From Leucoraja ocellata (lineage: Eukaryota): 64,000 nucleotides of DNA. Made by a program: the position numbers and the translations under genes. The DNA lies in the NCBI GenBank assembly GCA_036785375.1, contig JAWMAR010000447.1:558001-622000 (forward strand), given 5' to 3'. This document shows positions 27,876 to 39,865 of this stretch, one piece after another (position 1 is the first letter of the stretch; each line of letters begins with the position of its first letter). Below the pieces are notes generated by a model. The model was not told the origin of the DNA. It saw only the letters and a list, made by a program, of their open reading frames with translations, and did not search any database.

Positions 27876-28039
27876 AGGGTTTTAAAGAAAGTGGTTGCAG
27901 AATGAAGGACCCGTTGGTTACATTTTTCATTACTCGTTAAAATCTGGAGGTACTAGAAGATCAGAAAATTGTCATTGTGGCTCTCCTGGTCATGAGAGGG
28001 AAAGGGTAAAAACCAAAAGGCAGGGAGCCAGTTAAGTAT

Positions 28040-28660
28040 AATAGTTATTATTGGCAGGATGCTAGAGTCACTAATCAAAGAGGAAATCACTAATCAGTCA
28101 GGAAAGTTGAATATAATTAAATCTAGTCAACGTGTTTTTATCAAACGTAAATCATATGTGATAAATTCCTCCTATTTCTTTGAGAATGTAACAGAGAACA
28201 TTTGATGGAGGGGAACCTGTAGATGTAGCGTATTTATATTTTCAAAAGACATTTGACAAGGTTCCATATGGAAGGCTAGTGTTTAAATTAAAAACCTTTG
28301 GCATAAGAGGAAGTGTGTTGGAATGAATTGTTCATAAAAAATAGAGAGTGGAAATCACTGGGTCTTTATGGGTCTGGAGTGGGGTTGCTGGAGGGGTCAG
28401 TTCTTGCTTCTCAATTGATCACTATTTATATTAATGTCCTAGAAAGAAAGGAACAGTATCGAAGTTTTCCAAATTTACTGATGATATGAAAATAGGTGGA
28501 AGATCATTTTTGTAATAAAGATACTGCAATTCACTAATGGGATATCGATAGATTGAACAAGTGGGCAAACATCTGAGGAAAGGGATTTTAATGTAGGCAG
28601 TTTGAGGTTATGCACTTCAGCAAGAAAATCAAAAGACAGATTATTATCTGCAAGTGAGTG
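28040..28660 (+). pseudogene. Old, decayed CR1 RT fragment
   Basis: tttcaaaagacatttgacaaggttcc (FQKTFDKVP), tttactgatgat (FTDD) and gttatgcacttc (VMHF), with many disablements. Confidence 0.7.
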
Positions 28661-28679
28661 AAGTACAGAGGAAAAGAAT

Positions 28680-29145
28680 TATAGTCAAAGAACTTTACAG
28701 CACAGAAACGGACTCTTCAGTCCAACAAATCAACACCAGTTAAATTGCCTAACCAAGCGAGTCCCACTTGCATGCGACTGTAACGGGAAGATTTGCATCC
28801 TTCCAAACCTTTCCTACACATCTAAATGTATTTTAAATGTCATGACTGTACCAGCCTCTACAATATCCTCTGGCAGCTTGTTCCATATATCCATCAGCAT
28901 TTGTGTGAAAATATTACCCCTCAGCTCTGTTTTAAAATACTTCCTCCTTCTCCTTAAACCTATACCGTCTAGTTTTAGACACCCTCACCCTAAGGAAGCG
29001 ACTGTGATTATTCATCTTAGCTATACCCCTTGTGATTTTATAAACCACTCAAATGCCATCCCAGGGCCATATGCTCCAGGGGAAAAAAAGACAAAGCCTA
29101 TCTAGCCTCTCCTTATAACTGAAATCTTCCAGACCTGGCAACATA
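28680..29145 (-). mobile_element. Decayed CR1 LINE 3' fragment
   Basis: Diverged match to the CR1 3' ends elsewhere in the window. Confidence 0.65.
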
Positions 29146-30218
29146 GATTTCATCTAGATCCTCCCCTGTTTAAAGACATCGTTGACATCATCAGTTTAAT
29201 GCTATCAGGTGTTCTAGTGCATGGATTACAGAAAGCTTTTGAGAGGCTTTTGGATAAGTGCATGGATATGCAGGGGATGGAGGTATATTCATGATGCGCA
29301 GGCAGAGGAGATTACTGGCACTGACATTGTGGGCCAAAGGGCCTGTTCCTGTGATACACTGTTCTTGTTCTATGTAAGATGTTCAGCCCAAACATGAAAG
29401 CTGATTGACATCATTAATCATCCATAGATAGACAAAAAATGCTGGAGTAACTCAGCGGGACAGGCAGCATCTCTGGAGAGAAGCAATGGGTGACGTTTCG
29501 GGTCGAGACCCTTCTTCAGGCGTTATTAAATTATCATTATCATTATCATTAAAGCATCATTAAACATCCCATCTCCTTGTGGAGTCAGACAGGGTCCTGT
29601 TCCTTCAGTACACTGTTCAGTCTATGCTACAGAACAAGGCTCATCTTAGAGATTAAAGTATATGGTGGAGCTCCGTTGTCAGTGAGACTGGGAAGGTCTG
29701 CAATAGAGACAAGTGATTACAGCAATAACACTAAATGCTGGGGTAACTCAATGGGTCAGGCAGCATCTTTAGAGATTTTGAATAGGCAACATTTTGGGTC
29801 AGAACCCTTCTTCAGACTAATTATAGTCGGGGGAGAAAGCTGGAAAAGAGATAGGGACAGGGCAAAGCCTGGCAAATAGTAGGCAGGAACAGATGAGGAG
29901 AGTTTGATTGCAGGTGGGTGAAGAAAGGTTAGAAAAGGAGGCAAAAGAGTGTCAGATATGGAGAGAAGTGGAGTGAAATGTTCAGTTTAGGTTAGTTTAG
30001 TTTATTGTCACGTGCACTGAGGTGCAGTGAAAAGCTTTTTGTTGCGTGCTAACCAGTCAGCGGAAAGACTATACATGATTACAATCAAGCCGTCCACAGT
30101 GTACAGATACACAATAAAAGGAATGCCATAATGCAAGATAACGTCCAGTAAAGTCTGATTAAAGGTCGTCTGTGCGTCTTTAATGAGGTAGATAGTTGCA
30201 TAGGACTACTCTCTAGTT

Positions 30219-30417
30219 AGACACAAAATGCTGTAGTAACTCAGCGGGTCAGGCAGCATCTCTGGAGAGAAGGAATGGGTGACGTTTCAGACTGAAAAAG
30301 GGTCTTGACCCGAAACGTCACCCATTCCTTCTCTCCAGAGATGCTGCCTGACCCCCTGAGTTACTGCAGGATTTTGTGCCTACCTTTGATATAAACCAGC
30401 ATCTGCAGTTCTTTCCT
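30219..30417. mobile_element. Penelope-derived fold-back repeat inserted in a Rex/Babar tail
   Basis: Inverted arms; near-TSD actact(c/a)tctagtt. Confidence 0.7.
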
Positions 30418-30672
30418 ACTACTATCTAGTTGTTGGTAGGATGATTCAGTTGCCTGATAATATCTGGGATGAACCCGTCTCTGAATCTGGAGGTGTGTAA
30501 ATCAACAAGGAGAGATATAAGTGGAAGGGAATGGGTGGGGGGAGTGGGGAGAGGGGCAGATAGTGGGAAAATAGGTGGGGTGAGAGGGAGCACAGGAAAG
30601 AGAGAACAGGCATGAGAGATGTTATTAAAGTTGGCGAATTCGGTGACCATACCTTGTGTTGTAAGCTACCCA

Positions 30673-30897
30673 CGGTAGACACAAAATGTTGTAGTAACTC
30701 AGTGGGATAGGCAGCATATCTGGAGAGGAATGGGTGGCGTTTCGGGTCGAGACCCTTCATCAGACTGAAGAAGGGTCTCGACCCGAAACGTCACCCATTC
30801 CTTCTCTCCAGAGATGCTGCCTATCCCACTGAGTTACTCCAGCATTTTGTGTCTACCTTCGATTTCAACCAGCAGCTGCAGTTTTTTCCTACGTATA
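30673..30897. mobile_element. Penelope-derived fold-back element with back-to-back hammerhead-like cores and a 14-bp TSD
   Basis: TSD ttgtaagctaccca at 30659-30672 and 30898-30911; ~85-bp inverted arms; cores at 30736-30763 (-) and 30765-30792 (+). Confidence 0.8.
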
Positions 30898-31962
30898 TTG
30901 TAAGCTACCCAAATGGGTTTTACTGGGCACAATAAGTTACGTTAAACGTTCTGTGCAGATTAGAGCATGAATCGATACGTTAGGATAAAACAAATCAATT
31001 GAGCATTAATTGTCATCCCAAGAGAATATCCACACATACAGCCGTGGCGCCAAATAAAATATGTAATCGGGTTTATAAAATGGGGCGAGAAGCAGTGAAA
31101 CTGTCTCGGGCATCTTCACTTTGAGTAAGTATGTCTTGATTTATTGAATCCGTAACTAACCGGGATGCCTCTGTGTAGTTTACAGCCCTCATACTCCAAG
31201 TTCGATCTGCCACGTTAAAATGATGATTCCTGGACTTGAAAATGACAAATAATTTAAGGAAGTAGGGTCTCGACCCGAAACGTTGCCTATTTCCTTCGCT
31301 CCATGGATGTTGCCTCACCCGCTGAGTTTCTCCAGCATTTTTGTCTACCTTCGATTTCCCAGCATCTGCAGTTCCTTCTTAAACATAGTAATTTAAGGAC
31401 AATCAGTTGGCTGCCGAAGGTACAAAGCGGAGCCACGTTTAAAACAAACCCTTCACCGCAGATAGGCACAAAATGTTGATGACTGGAGTAACTCAGCGGG
31501 TCAGGCAGCATCTCTGGAGAAAAAACGGCCCTTCACGGCAGGGACGGTTCATGAATTGCCAATTTGTTAAATTGTTCCAGATAATCTGTTCATTTTTCCA
31601 AGTCAAATTTTGGATTAAAGAAAATTCCCCCCATAAACAACATTTTGTTGTATATTCGAATTAAATGTTACGGCGTTTCAACATTATGCTGGCGGATCAG
31701 TGTGAAAAAGTAGTTTGATCAATTGGGTACGAGGTGAAACTGAGCTAATGTTGCTGCGTTATTGTGTGTCCGATATAGGGAGCCTAAATGTGAGTTTAAC
31801 TGTGTGTGGGCCAGCTGGCTTTTAAACGGGACCATCCTTAGAGGTTTCCTACAAAGCCACAAGTGATATTTTTCGCGCAAATTGAGCTTAAATGTGATTC
31901 CCAAACCTCCAAATACACTGTTGTCCATCTGCGATCTTGCCCCTAACCTCTCCAAATGCTTT

Positions 31963-31980
31963 CTGGCGCCAGAGGGAGCT
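31963..31980 (+). promoter_or_regulatory. Candidate CTCF-binding motif in a unique CpG-rich island
   Basis: ctggcgccagagggagct resembles the CTCF core CCASYAGRKGGCRS. Confidence 0.4.
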
Positions 31981-33279
31981 TCACATGTAACGGATATCCA
32001 TTGGTGAAAACCCAATATTTTGCTTCCAGTATCATTACCCTTGCGCCCCATCAGAGCTGCTGCTTCAAGCCAAAACAATAGGAAATATTGGACACCTAAA
32101 TGGAAGGCTGAAGAGATTTGGGAGAGGTTTAATCGAGTCGATGATTGCTATCTTGCGCCTTGTGCCTTGGCTTCCTGTTCCTTGTGCCCTCCGCCACTAC
32201 AATAAAGAGGGCGCTTCCAGACCGCGGCCACTTGGTGCCAGACACGCCAATTATGCACCTTACCCGTCCTGGTTTCACGCACCGAAAATGTCTCACCGAC
32301 TTTGGGCCATTTGTTTCAATGTTACATTGTTCTCCCATTTCCGTGTGATCCGACAAAATGATTGAGAATTACACAGCGGACATTCTATGCATAACGCATC
32401 ATGCAGGCTGTTTAGATTTCAGGTTTGATAGAATCAATATAATGCGAACGTTATACAGTCTCTCTGTCATCTGCTTCATACCTCTGTCTGCCAGGCATGA
32501 TCTTAAAACGTGAAAGTATATTTTGAACTCGAGGTTGTTTGACAGTATCGTTCCTGCCACCAATTCTATATTGACAATAATGATTGTTAGATAAAAGAAA
32601 ATCCCTGGTGTCAGTTTAAGACCCAAACAATCCGCAACTCTTATCTGAGAGGTGCCTCTATAATTCCAATCAGCCCGGGAACTATTCAAAGTAAAGCTTT
32701 TCGAGTAAACACTTAAAAGGTTTAATCCAATTTCTTTTATCGGGCATTCTTGCAGGAGTAGTGAGCCACAATGCTTTCCCTGGTTCATTCGGTCAAAAGA
32801 CTCACACACCGTTATTTGGAAAGACGAAGACAAAATAATTTCAGACGCTGCTAAATGTTTGTCTGACAATTCCCTTAGAGTAACATCAAGGGAGTTTTGC
32901 GTGGCATCGATCTTCTGAAGTCGGGAATGGGGAATTTAAAGTGTGGAATACAAAAATAAATAAAGCTTTTATTAAAAAACGCGCGGAGTGGTACAGCTTA
33001 GTTGTAGGAGGTGGTTCCAGTTATTGGTTCCTTAATTATTTTGGAAACATAATACCCCGTTCAGTAACACAAGGCTCCGAGTAACAATAATAGTATGCCC
33101 CACTCCATCTTCACCTCTGCACAATTTAGATAAACAATGATAATCCCAAACTACATGGGAATATTTGGCTATGGCTATCATTAAAGCAGTTTACTTACAA
33201 TGAATATCACTTTGTCCCTTGATTGAGATGTTAGGTGGACATTAGAATGGTTTATCGTCCAACCTTCACATAATTTTAG

Positions 33280-33434
33280 NNNNNNNNNNNNNNNNNNNNN
33301 NNNNNNNNNNNNNNNNNNNNNNNNNNNNNNNNNNNNNNNNNNNNNNNNNNNNNNNNNNNNNNNNNNNNNNNNNNNNNNNNNNNNNNNNNNNNNNNNNNNN
33401 NNNNNNNNNNNNNNNNNNNNNNNNNNNNNNNNNN
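33280..33434. other. Assembly gap (155 N)
   Basis: Run of n. Confidence 1.
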
Positions 33435-33974
33435 TGTCTACATATACTCTGAACTTTTTTTTCTCATTTATTATATTGTTTACATATTCTCTTGTGCTGC
33501 TGCAAGTTAAAAAATCATTGTTCTATCTGGGACATATGACAATAAAACACTCTTGAATTTCTCAAACTATTCTTTGCCAAAATATAAACTTTATTCAAAA
33601 TAGAGACATGCCATTTTGAAATAGCCCACATCTCATGTTCCAATATGTGTAACTTGCATTAGCACAGCAACTTCCGCTCATGGTTCTATCTTTGCAGAAA
33701 CTCTGCAAGCCTTTCCTGACCTTCACCTTGACCCGCCGTTTTTCATTGAGTTGCTGGGTTGCTTTCTTCCACGGGACTTAGCCCATGGTGCACTATGTGA
33801 TTTATTCAGAAGGTGCCTTTTGGCCGAAATATCGGAGCACAGGAAAGCTGGCCACAGACACTGAAGCAGGGCCTAAACAGTGTCATTTTACTTAACTGAG
33901 CCCTTGTCTTGTTTTTCAGGTGGAGAGGAAAGAGATCACACTGTACTGCTCGAAAATCAGTGTTAAGCCTAGAG

Positions 33975-34272
33975 TTTAGTTTAGTTTAGAGAGACAGCAC
34001 AGAAACAGGCCCTTTAGCCCTCCGAGTCCACGCCCACCTGTGATCCCCGCATACTAGCACTATCCTACACACACGCTAGGGACAATTTACAATTATACAG
34101 AAGCCAATTAACGTACAAACCTGTTACGTCTTTGGAATGTGGGAGGAAACCTGATGCCCATAGAAAACCTACACAGTCACAGGGGGAATGTGCAAACTCC
34201 ATACAGACAGCATCTAATGTCAGCTGTCTCTGGTGCTGTAAGGCAGCAACTCTACCGCTGCACCACCATGCT
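33975..34272 (-). mobile_element. HE1-like V-SINE
   Basis: Same head, V-domain and tail motifs as the other copies. Confidence 0.75.
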
Positions 34273-34629
34273 CACCAATATCCCTAAACAACCTCATTTA
34301 AAACATCATCTGGTCAAGTTGGCTGCCAAGCCTTATGCATACAAGTGCCTGCATTTCTAAAGTATTTAATTGTCTTTGGGTTCTCATGATGGAGATCTGG
34401 CTGTGGCCATATAAGTGGGAGCCCTTCTTAAACTGCAATTCATGATTGCAATAAAGAAACACTGAGTCACTATATATACTATAAAGACTCATTTTAAACA
34501 GTCATTAGCATAATTTTATCCTTATTTTTTTACAATTCACACTACTTTAATTGGGGAAGTGCTACAGCCTGAGTTGTGAATCACTGAAGATGTTTATATT
34601 TGCAGAAAATTTGTAGCAGTAATTGGAGT

Positions 34630-34950
34630 CAAAGAGTCATACAACATGGAAACAGGCCCTTCAGTCCAACTCACCCATGCTGACCAAGATGTCCCATCTA
34701 AGCTAGTTCCATTTCATGCATTTGGCCCATATCCCTTTAAGCTTTTCCACATACCTGTCCAAGTGTTTTTATTCTTTAAAAAAAAAAATTAAATGTTGTG
34801 CCTGCCTCAACTACCTCCCCTGGTAGCTCATTCCATCCACCCAGAACCCTCTGAGTGAAAAAGATGCCCTTTAGGTTCCTATTAAATCTTTCCCCTCTCA
34901 CCTTAAACCTATATCATCTGGTTCTTGATTCCCCAACTCAGGTAAAAGAC
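34630..34950 (-). mobile_element. CR1 LINE 3' end
   Basis: atggaaacaggcccttcag...ttcctattaaatctttcccctctcacctt. Confidence 0.75.
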
Positions 34951-35199
34951 TTGGTAAAGTGTTATCATTGGGCTGTTGATCATTTATGATACTTTTTTAA
35001 AAAAATGCATTATATGTTGTAAGGTAGCTTGAGCAGGAACTCTGCTTTTCGAGAACAAATCGGTAATTTAGTGGCAAATTTATGTTCAAGTAATTAAATA
35101 AAATTGGAGTTAAAAATAATCATGGAATATTAGATCATTATTAAAACAAAAGACAGACACAAAATGCTGCAGTCTCAGCGGGTTAGGTAGCATCTCTGG

Positions 35200-35862
35200 A
35201 GAAAACCGCTTAAAATCTCTTCCCTGCCCGGGAGACCCGACCTTTTCCCTGTCGGGTCTCCGTTGTGGTTGGGGCCTAGCACCGTGGAGCAGCCTCCAAC
35301 CTGAACGACCCGGGGGCTCGGGAGACTGCAGAGCTGCGGAGCGTGGGGAGCGGCGGTGACTCGCTGCTGCGACTCGACTCCTGGGGCTCGGAGGCTCCAG
35401 CAACGCAGCTGCAGGTCCGGTGGACTGGGACATCGGGAGCTCGCGGGTCCGGGTGGAGAGACCGCTTCCCGGAGCTCCCGCAACGCGACTTCTCCAGCCC
35501 GTGTCGCGGGGTTGGAATGACCCGGAGCGGTGCCGTACATCGCCCGGCGCGGCTTCATGGCCGTGGGACATTACAGCGCCCGCCGGGGGCTCCAACACTG
35601 TGACTTTTAGACCGGGATCGGGGCCGTACATCGCCCGGCGCGGCCTAAAATGGCCGTGGGACTTATCATCGCCCGCCTGGGGCTTGGACATCGGGAGAGA
35701 AATGGAGAACAAGGGAGAGAAAAGACTTTGCCTTCCATCACAGTGGGTTCACTGTGATGGATGTCTGTGTGAATTAAATTGTGTGTATGTCTGTAGGAAA
35801 TTGTCTTTGTTTGTATGGCTGTGGAAACGGAATTTCGTTTCAGCCTCACTGAGGCTCAAAAA
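35200..35862 (+). mobile_element. GC-rich non-coding retroelement (family shared with 42862-43502 and 63215-64000)
   Basis: Shared ctttgccttccatcacagtg motif and 5' hairpin; internal duplication of gccgtacatcgcccggcgcggc; inserted in a Penelope fold-back. Confidence 0.6.
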
Positions 35863-36455
35863 GTCACCTATTCATTGGCTGATTCATTGTCATATGCTGC
35901 CTGACTCGCTGAGTTACTCCAGATTTTTGTGTGTCTTCGGTTTCAACCAGCATCTGCAGTTCCTTCCTGCACATTACTAAAATAAATGCGTTTCTCCGAT
36001 ATCTTTCATGGAAGGAATCTACTGTCTGGCTGGGTCTGGTCCATTGGTGACTCTCCACACATTATTATTAACTTGTATATTATTGACTTAATCCAGTGGC
36101 AATTGGGGATGAATGTTAAATGCTGACATTTCCACTGAAGTCCACAACCCATGGAATCAATTTAAAACAACATCAAATTCACTGCGGACAGAAACACCAT
36201 AGGTTTGGCATTTTTCTGTCTTTTCTCACAACATTTCTATTTCCAATTTTGCTAAAAATATTACTTTCCTTATTTCTAATTAGAAATGTTGATGCCAATG
36301 AAGGAATGTGTCGTATAAAATCAATGAGATGCCAATTAAGTTGATATTTGCAAGTGTGAAATACATTAGTATCTCTACTGTGTAAACACTTAAAATGAAG
36401 AAAGTTGGATCATTGATATAGATATATAGATATTGATATTGATCATTTATATTGA

Positions 36456-37052
36456 TATACCCTCGCGATTTACGCAAGTTTGCTTTATGCGTTTTTGAAA
36501 TAATGCACTTGTTCCTTTAATACCAAAGTTTGATTCACACGCTCATATTTTTGGAATAATGCACTCAAAGTTTCTGCTGACAGTGTAGTCATTTGTATAT
36601 GACAGTACGGATTTGATGAAACTGGGCCAGTACTTGCTGGACTTTAGAAAGATGAATGGGGACCCTTATTGAAACTTACTGAAGGGTGAAAGATCTTGAG
36701 AGAGTGGATGTGGAGAGGATGATTCAACTAGGAGGAGAGTCTAGGACCAGAGGCCATAGCCTCAGAATTAAAGGACGTACCTTTAGAAAGGAGATGGGAA
36801 GGAATTTCTTTAGTCAGAGACTGAGATTGACAGATACTTGATTAGTATGGGTGTCAGGGGTTATGCGGAGAAGGCAAGAGAATGGGGTTGAGAGGGAACG
36901 ATAGATTAGCCATGATTGATTGCAGAGTGGACTTGATGGTATAATTCTGCTTCTAGAATTTACTAACTTATGAACACGTTTAACTTACGCATTTTTGAAT
37001 TACGTGCCGTTTTACAAGCACGTAATCCCTACGTAAACCACGAGAAGCCCGT
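36456..37052. mobile_element. Degenerate Tigger/pogo-like MITE interrupted by a CR1 3' fragment (~36600-36915)
   Basis: Imperfect TIRs ctcgcgatttacg and cgtaaaccacgag, subterminal ttacgc-type repeats, and a terminal TA. Confidence 0.45.
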
Positions 37053-37276
37053 AATTCACAATCATTAAATGAGAAACACATGATATTCATGGATTTTCAA
37101 ATAATATATTCAACGTCGTTCTTAGTGTCACCTTTTTAACTTCCTGTGAGAAAAACATTAACTCACAACTCCGAAACAGGGGCTCTTCTCAGTACCAAAG
37201 TGCTAGCAGGAGGATTCATGTTATTTGAGGATTCACAACAGTAACACCACAATCCATCACAAAAATCACAACCTTT

Positions 37277-37542
37277 AGATTAGTTCAGAGATGCAGCACA
37301 GAAACAGGCCCTTTGGCCCACTGAATCCGCGCCGACCAGCGACCCCCGAATACTAACGCTATCCGAGACACACTGGGAAAATTTACAATTTTACCAAAGC
37401 CTGTTCACCCACAAATCTGTATGTCTTGAGTGTGGGAGAAAAACCAAAACTGTACAGAATCTGTACAGACAGCAGCCGTGGTCAGGATTGATCCTGAGTC
37501 TCTGGCGCTGAAAGGCAGCAACTCTACCGCTGAGCCACCACG
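37277..37542 (-). mobile_element. HE1-like V-SINE
   Basis: Same diagnostic motifs as the other copies. Confidence 0.75.
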
Positions 37543-38369
37543 CTGAACTACTTTGTTTCTTCTTGAAACTCACAAAAATCTCCTTCCTGAGGATGGAGAG
37601 TAGGGAGCCAGGATTTATAATTTTAAGATGGGCGAGATGAAGAATTTTCTCTAGCCCTGAAGGCTGTGGATATTTAGTTATTGCAGTCAGTACATTTTGA
37701 ACTCCAGGGAAATCAGGTGCATTGGAAATAAGGCAACAAAGTGTAATTGTGGTAGAGGATTACACATTGTCACAGATAACTACACCTTATCTGATTGTAC
37801 TGAATGAGATAACAGCTAGCTGGGACATGTGGTCTGACCTACTCTTATTTCTTATGCTTTTCACAAGTATGTTTTTAACAATAATTTTGGCTTCATAAAG
37901 ACCTACACAATCCAAAAAATCCTAGTAAATGGAAGTTGGCACCACAAAACATTTTGGGTTCGACTTCAGCTGCAATTACATTGGTTAATTGTGAGATCTC
38001 TCGGGAAAATCATTCCCATATAGTCTTTCCAATATAACGCAATTTACCTTTCTATGGAAACATTTGTAATGCTGCAATGGTGGAATTATGTGGTGGAAAC
38101 TACAGCAACTCTGCCAGCGCAAAGAGAGATATACGTATGGTGCGAACTGGACATAACCAATTTCAACAACAGATATACCTACAGAATGCCATACTGGAAA
38201 AGAAAGTAAATTTACAATATATTTACAAAATAAGCCGAACCGAATCATAGCACCTATCTTCGAATCATGGGGTTTTTTTTGTTTAACACTGAAGGTTTAT
38301 GAAAATAATATAACCAGGAAGCTCTGGGAGATATATTTGAATGAAGTATCAAAATGAAGTATCAAAAAG

Positions 38370-38810
38370 AGACTAGGCTTGTATTCACTGGAGTTTAGAA
38401 GGATGAGGGGCGATGTTATAGAAACATATAAAATTATAAATGGACTGGACAAGCTAGATGCAGGAAAAATGTTCCCTATGTTGGGCGAGTCCAGAACCAG
38501 GGGTCACAGTCTTAGAATAAAGGGGAGGTCGTTTAAGACTGAGGTGAGAAAAAACTTTTTCTCCCAGAGAGTTGTGAATTTGTGGAATTCCCTGCCACAG
38601 AGGGCAGTGGAGGCCAAATCACTGGATGGATTTAAGAGAGAGTTAGATAGAGCTCTAGCGGCGAGTGGAGTCAAGGGATATGGGGAGAAGGCAGGCACGG
38701 GTTATTGATAGGGGACGATCTGCCATGATCACAATGAACGGCGGTGCTGGCTTGAAGGGCCGAATGGCCTCCTCCTGCACCTATTTTCTATGCTTCTATG
38801 TTTCTATGAT
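38370..38810 (+). mobile_element. CR1 LINE 3' end
   Basis: Intact 109-aa C-terminal ORF YSLEFRRMRGDVIETYKI...QRVVNLWNSLP plus tail. Confidence 0.9.
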
Positions 38811-38821
38811 GAATATATTTA

Positions 38822-39095
38822 GGTTAGTTTAGAAATACAGCATGAAAACAGGCCCTTCGGCCCACCTAGTCCGCGCTGACCAGTGATCCCCGAACACCAA
38901 CACTCTCCTACACACACTACAGACTATTTTACTGAAGCCAATGAACCTACAAACTTCTACGTCTTTTGAGTATGGGGGGGAAACCGGAGATCCCGGAGAA
39001 AACTTGCGCAGGTCACGGGAAGAATGTACAAACTCGCTACAACCAGCAGCTGTGGTCAGGATCGAACTCAGGTCTCTGGCACTGTCAGTGGCTCT
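38822..39095 (-). mobile_element. HE1-like V-SINE
   Basis: Same diagnostic motifs as the other copies. Confidence 0.75.
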
Positions 39096-39662
39096 ACTGT
39101 GGCTTGGCTTGATATAGTCAAGTCAAGAGAGTATTTTATTGTCATATGTCCCAGATAGAACAATCAAATTCTTAATCGCAGCAGCACAACAGAATATGTA
39201 AAGATATATCAGAATGGATCAATATGGATCAATATGGATCAAGCCGACAAAACTCCTCTAACACATAAACATTATAAATGGTGGCATTTATTAGATTACC
39301 ATCGTCCAATATTGACATCTATAAGGAAAAAATTCTGATATTTCATATTTAGTAACAACAATAAACAGTTGAAGTGAATTGAATATAAGATAAAGCATCC
39401 ATAAGATAACACAATTATCTTTGACGCTGGTGTGAATGTATAGTCCAGGGTTAAATGGCTTTTTTTGAAATGTTATCCCAAACATAAATCACTTTGATAA
39501 CAGAGGTGGGCAACTGACGGTAATCTGATTGATGCTGACAAGCGTGGAAATGAGAAGCTGGAGCTGGGGAGACCAGAAGGGTGTGACAGATTTGCTACAT
39601 TCAAGCTAAGTTTTCCTCAAGTGTACAATGCAGTCAGCTGCAGGCTTGCAATGCATGTAGAT

Positions 39663-39865
39663 ACAGACACAAAATGTTGGAGTAACTCAGTGAGACTGGC
39701 AACATCTTTGGACGGAAGGATTGGGTGACGTTTCGGGTCGCGATCCTTCTTCAGACTGAAGAACCCATTCCTTCTCTCCAGAGATGCTGTCTGTCCCGCT
39801 GAGTTACTCCAGCATGTTGTGTCTATCTACGGTGCAAACCAGCATCTGCAGTTCCTTCCTACACA
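39663..39865. mobile_element. Penelope-derived fold-back repeat
   Basis: Inverted arms centred on cttcagactgaag. Confidence 0.7.

Noticed and set aside
32399-32869. 156-aa minus-strand ORF in unique sequence
   Set aside because: Non-ATG start, no recognisable motif, no evident exon boundaries and a composition typical of chance ORFs.
35110-35980. 200-aa and 186-aa ORFs (also 52599-53224 and 63486-63941)
   Set aside because: They lie in GC-rich or low-complexity repeats, are open in several frames and show no recognisable domain.
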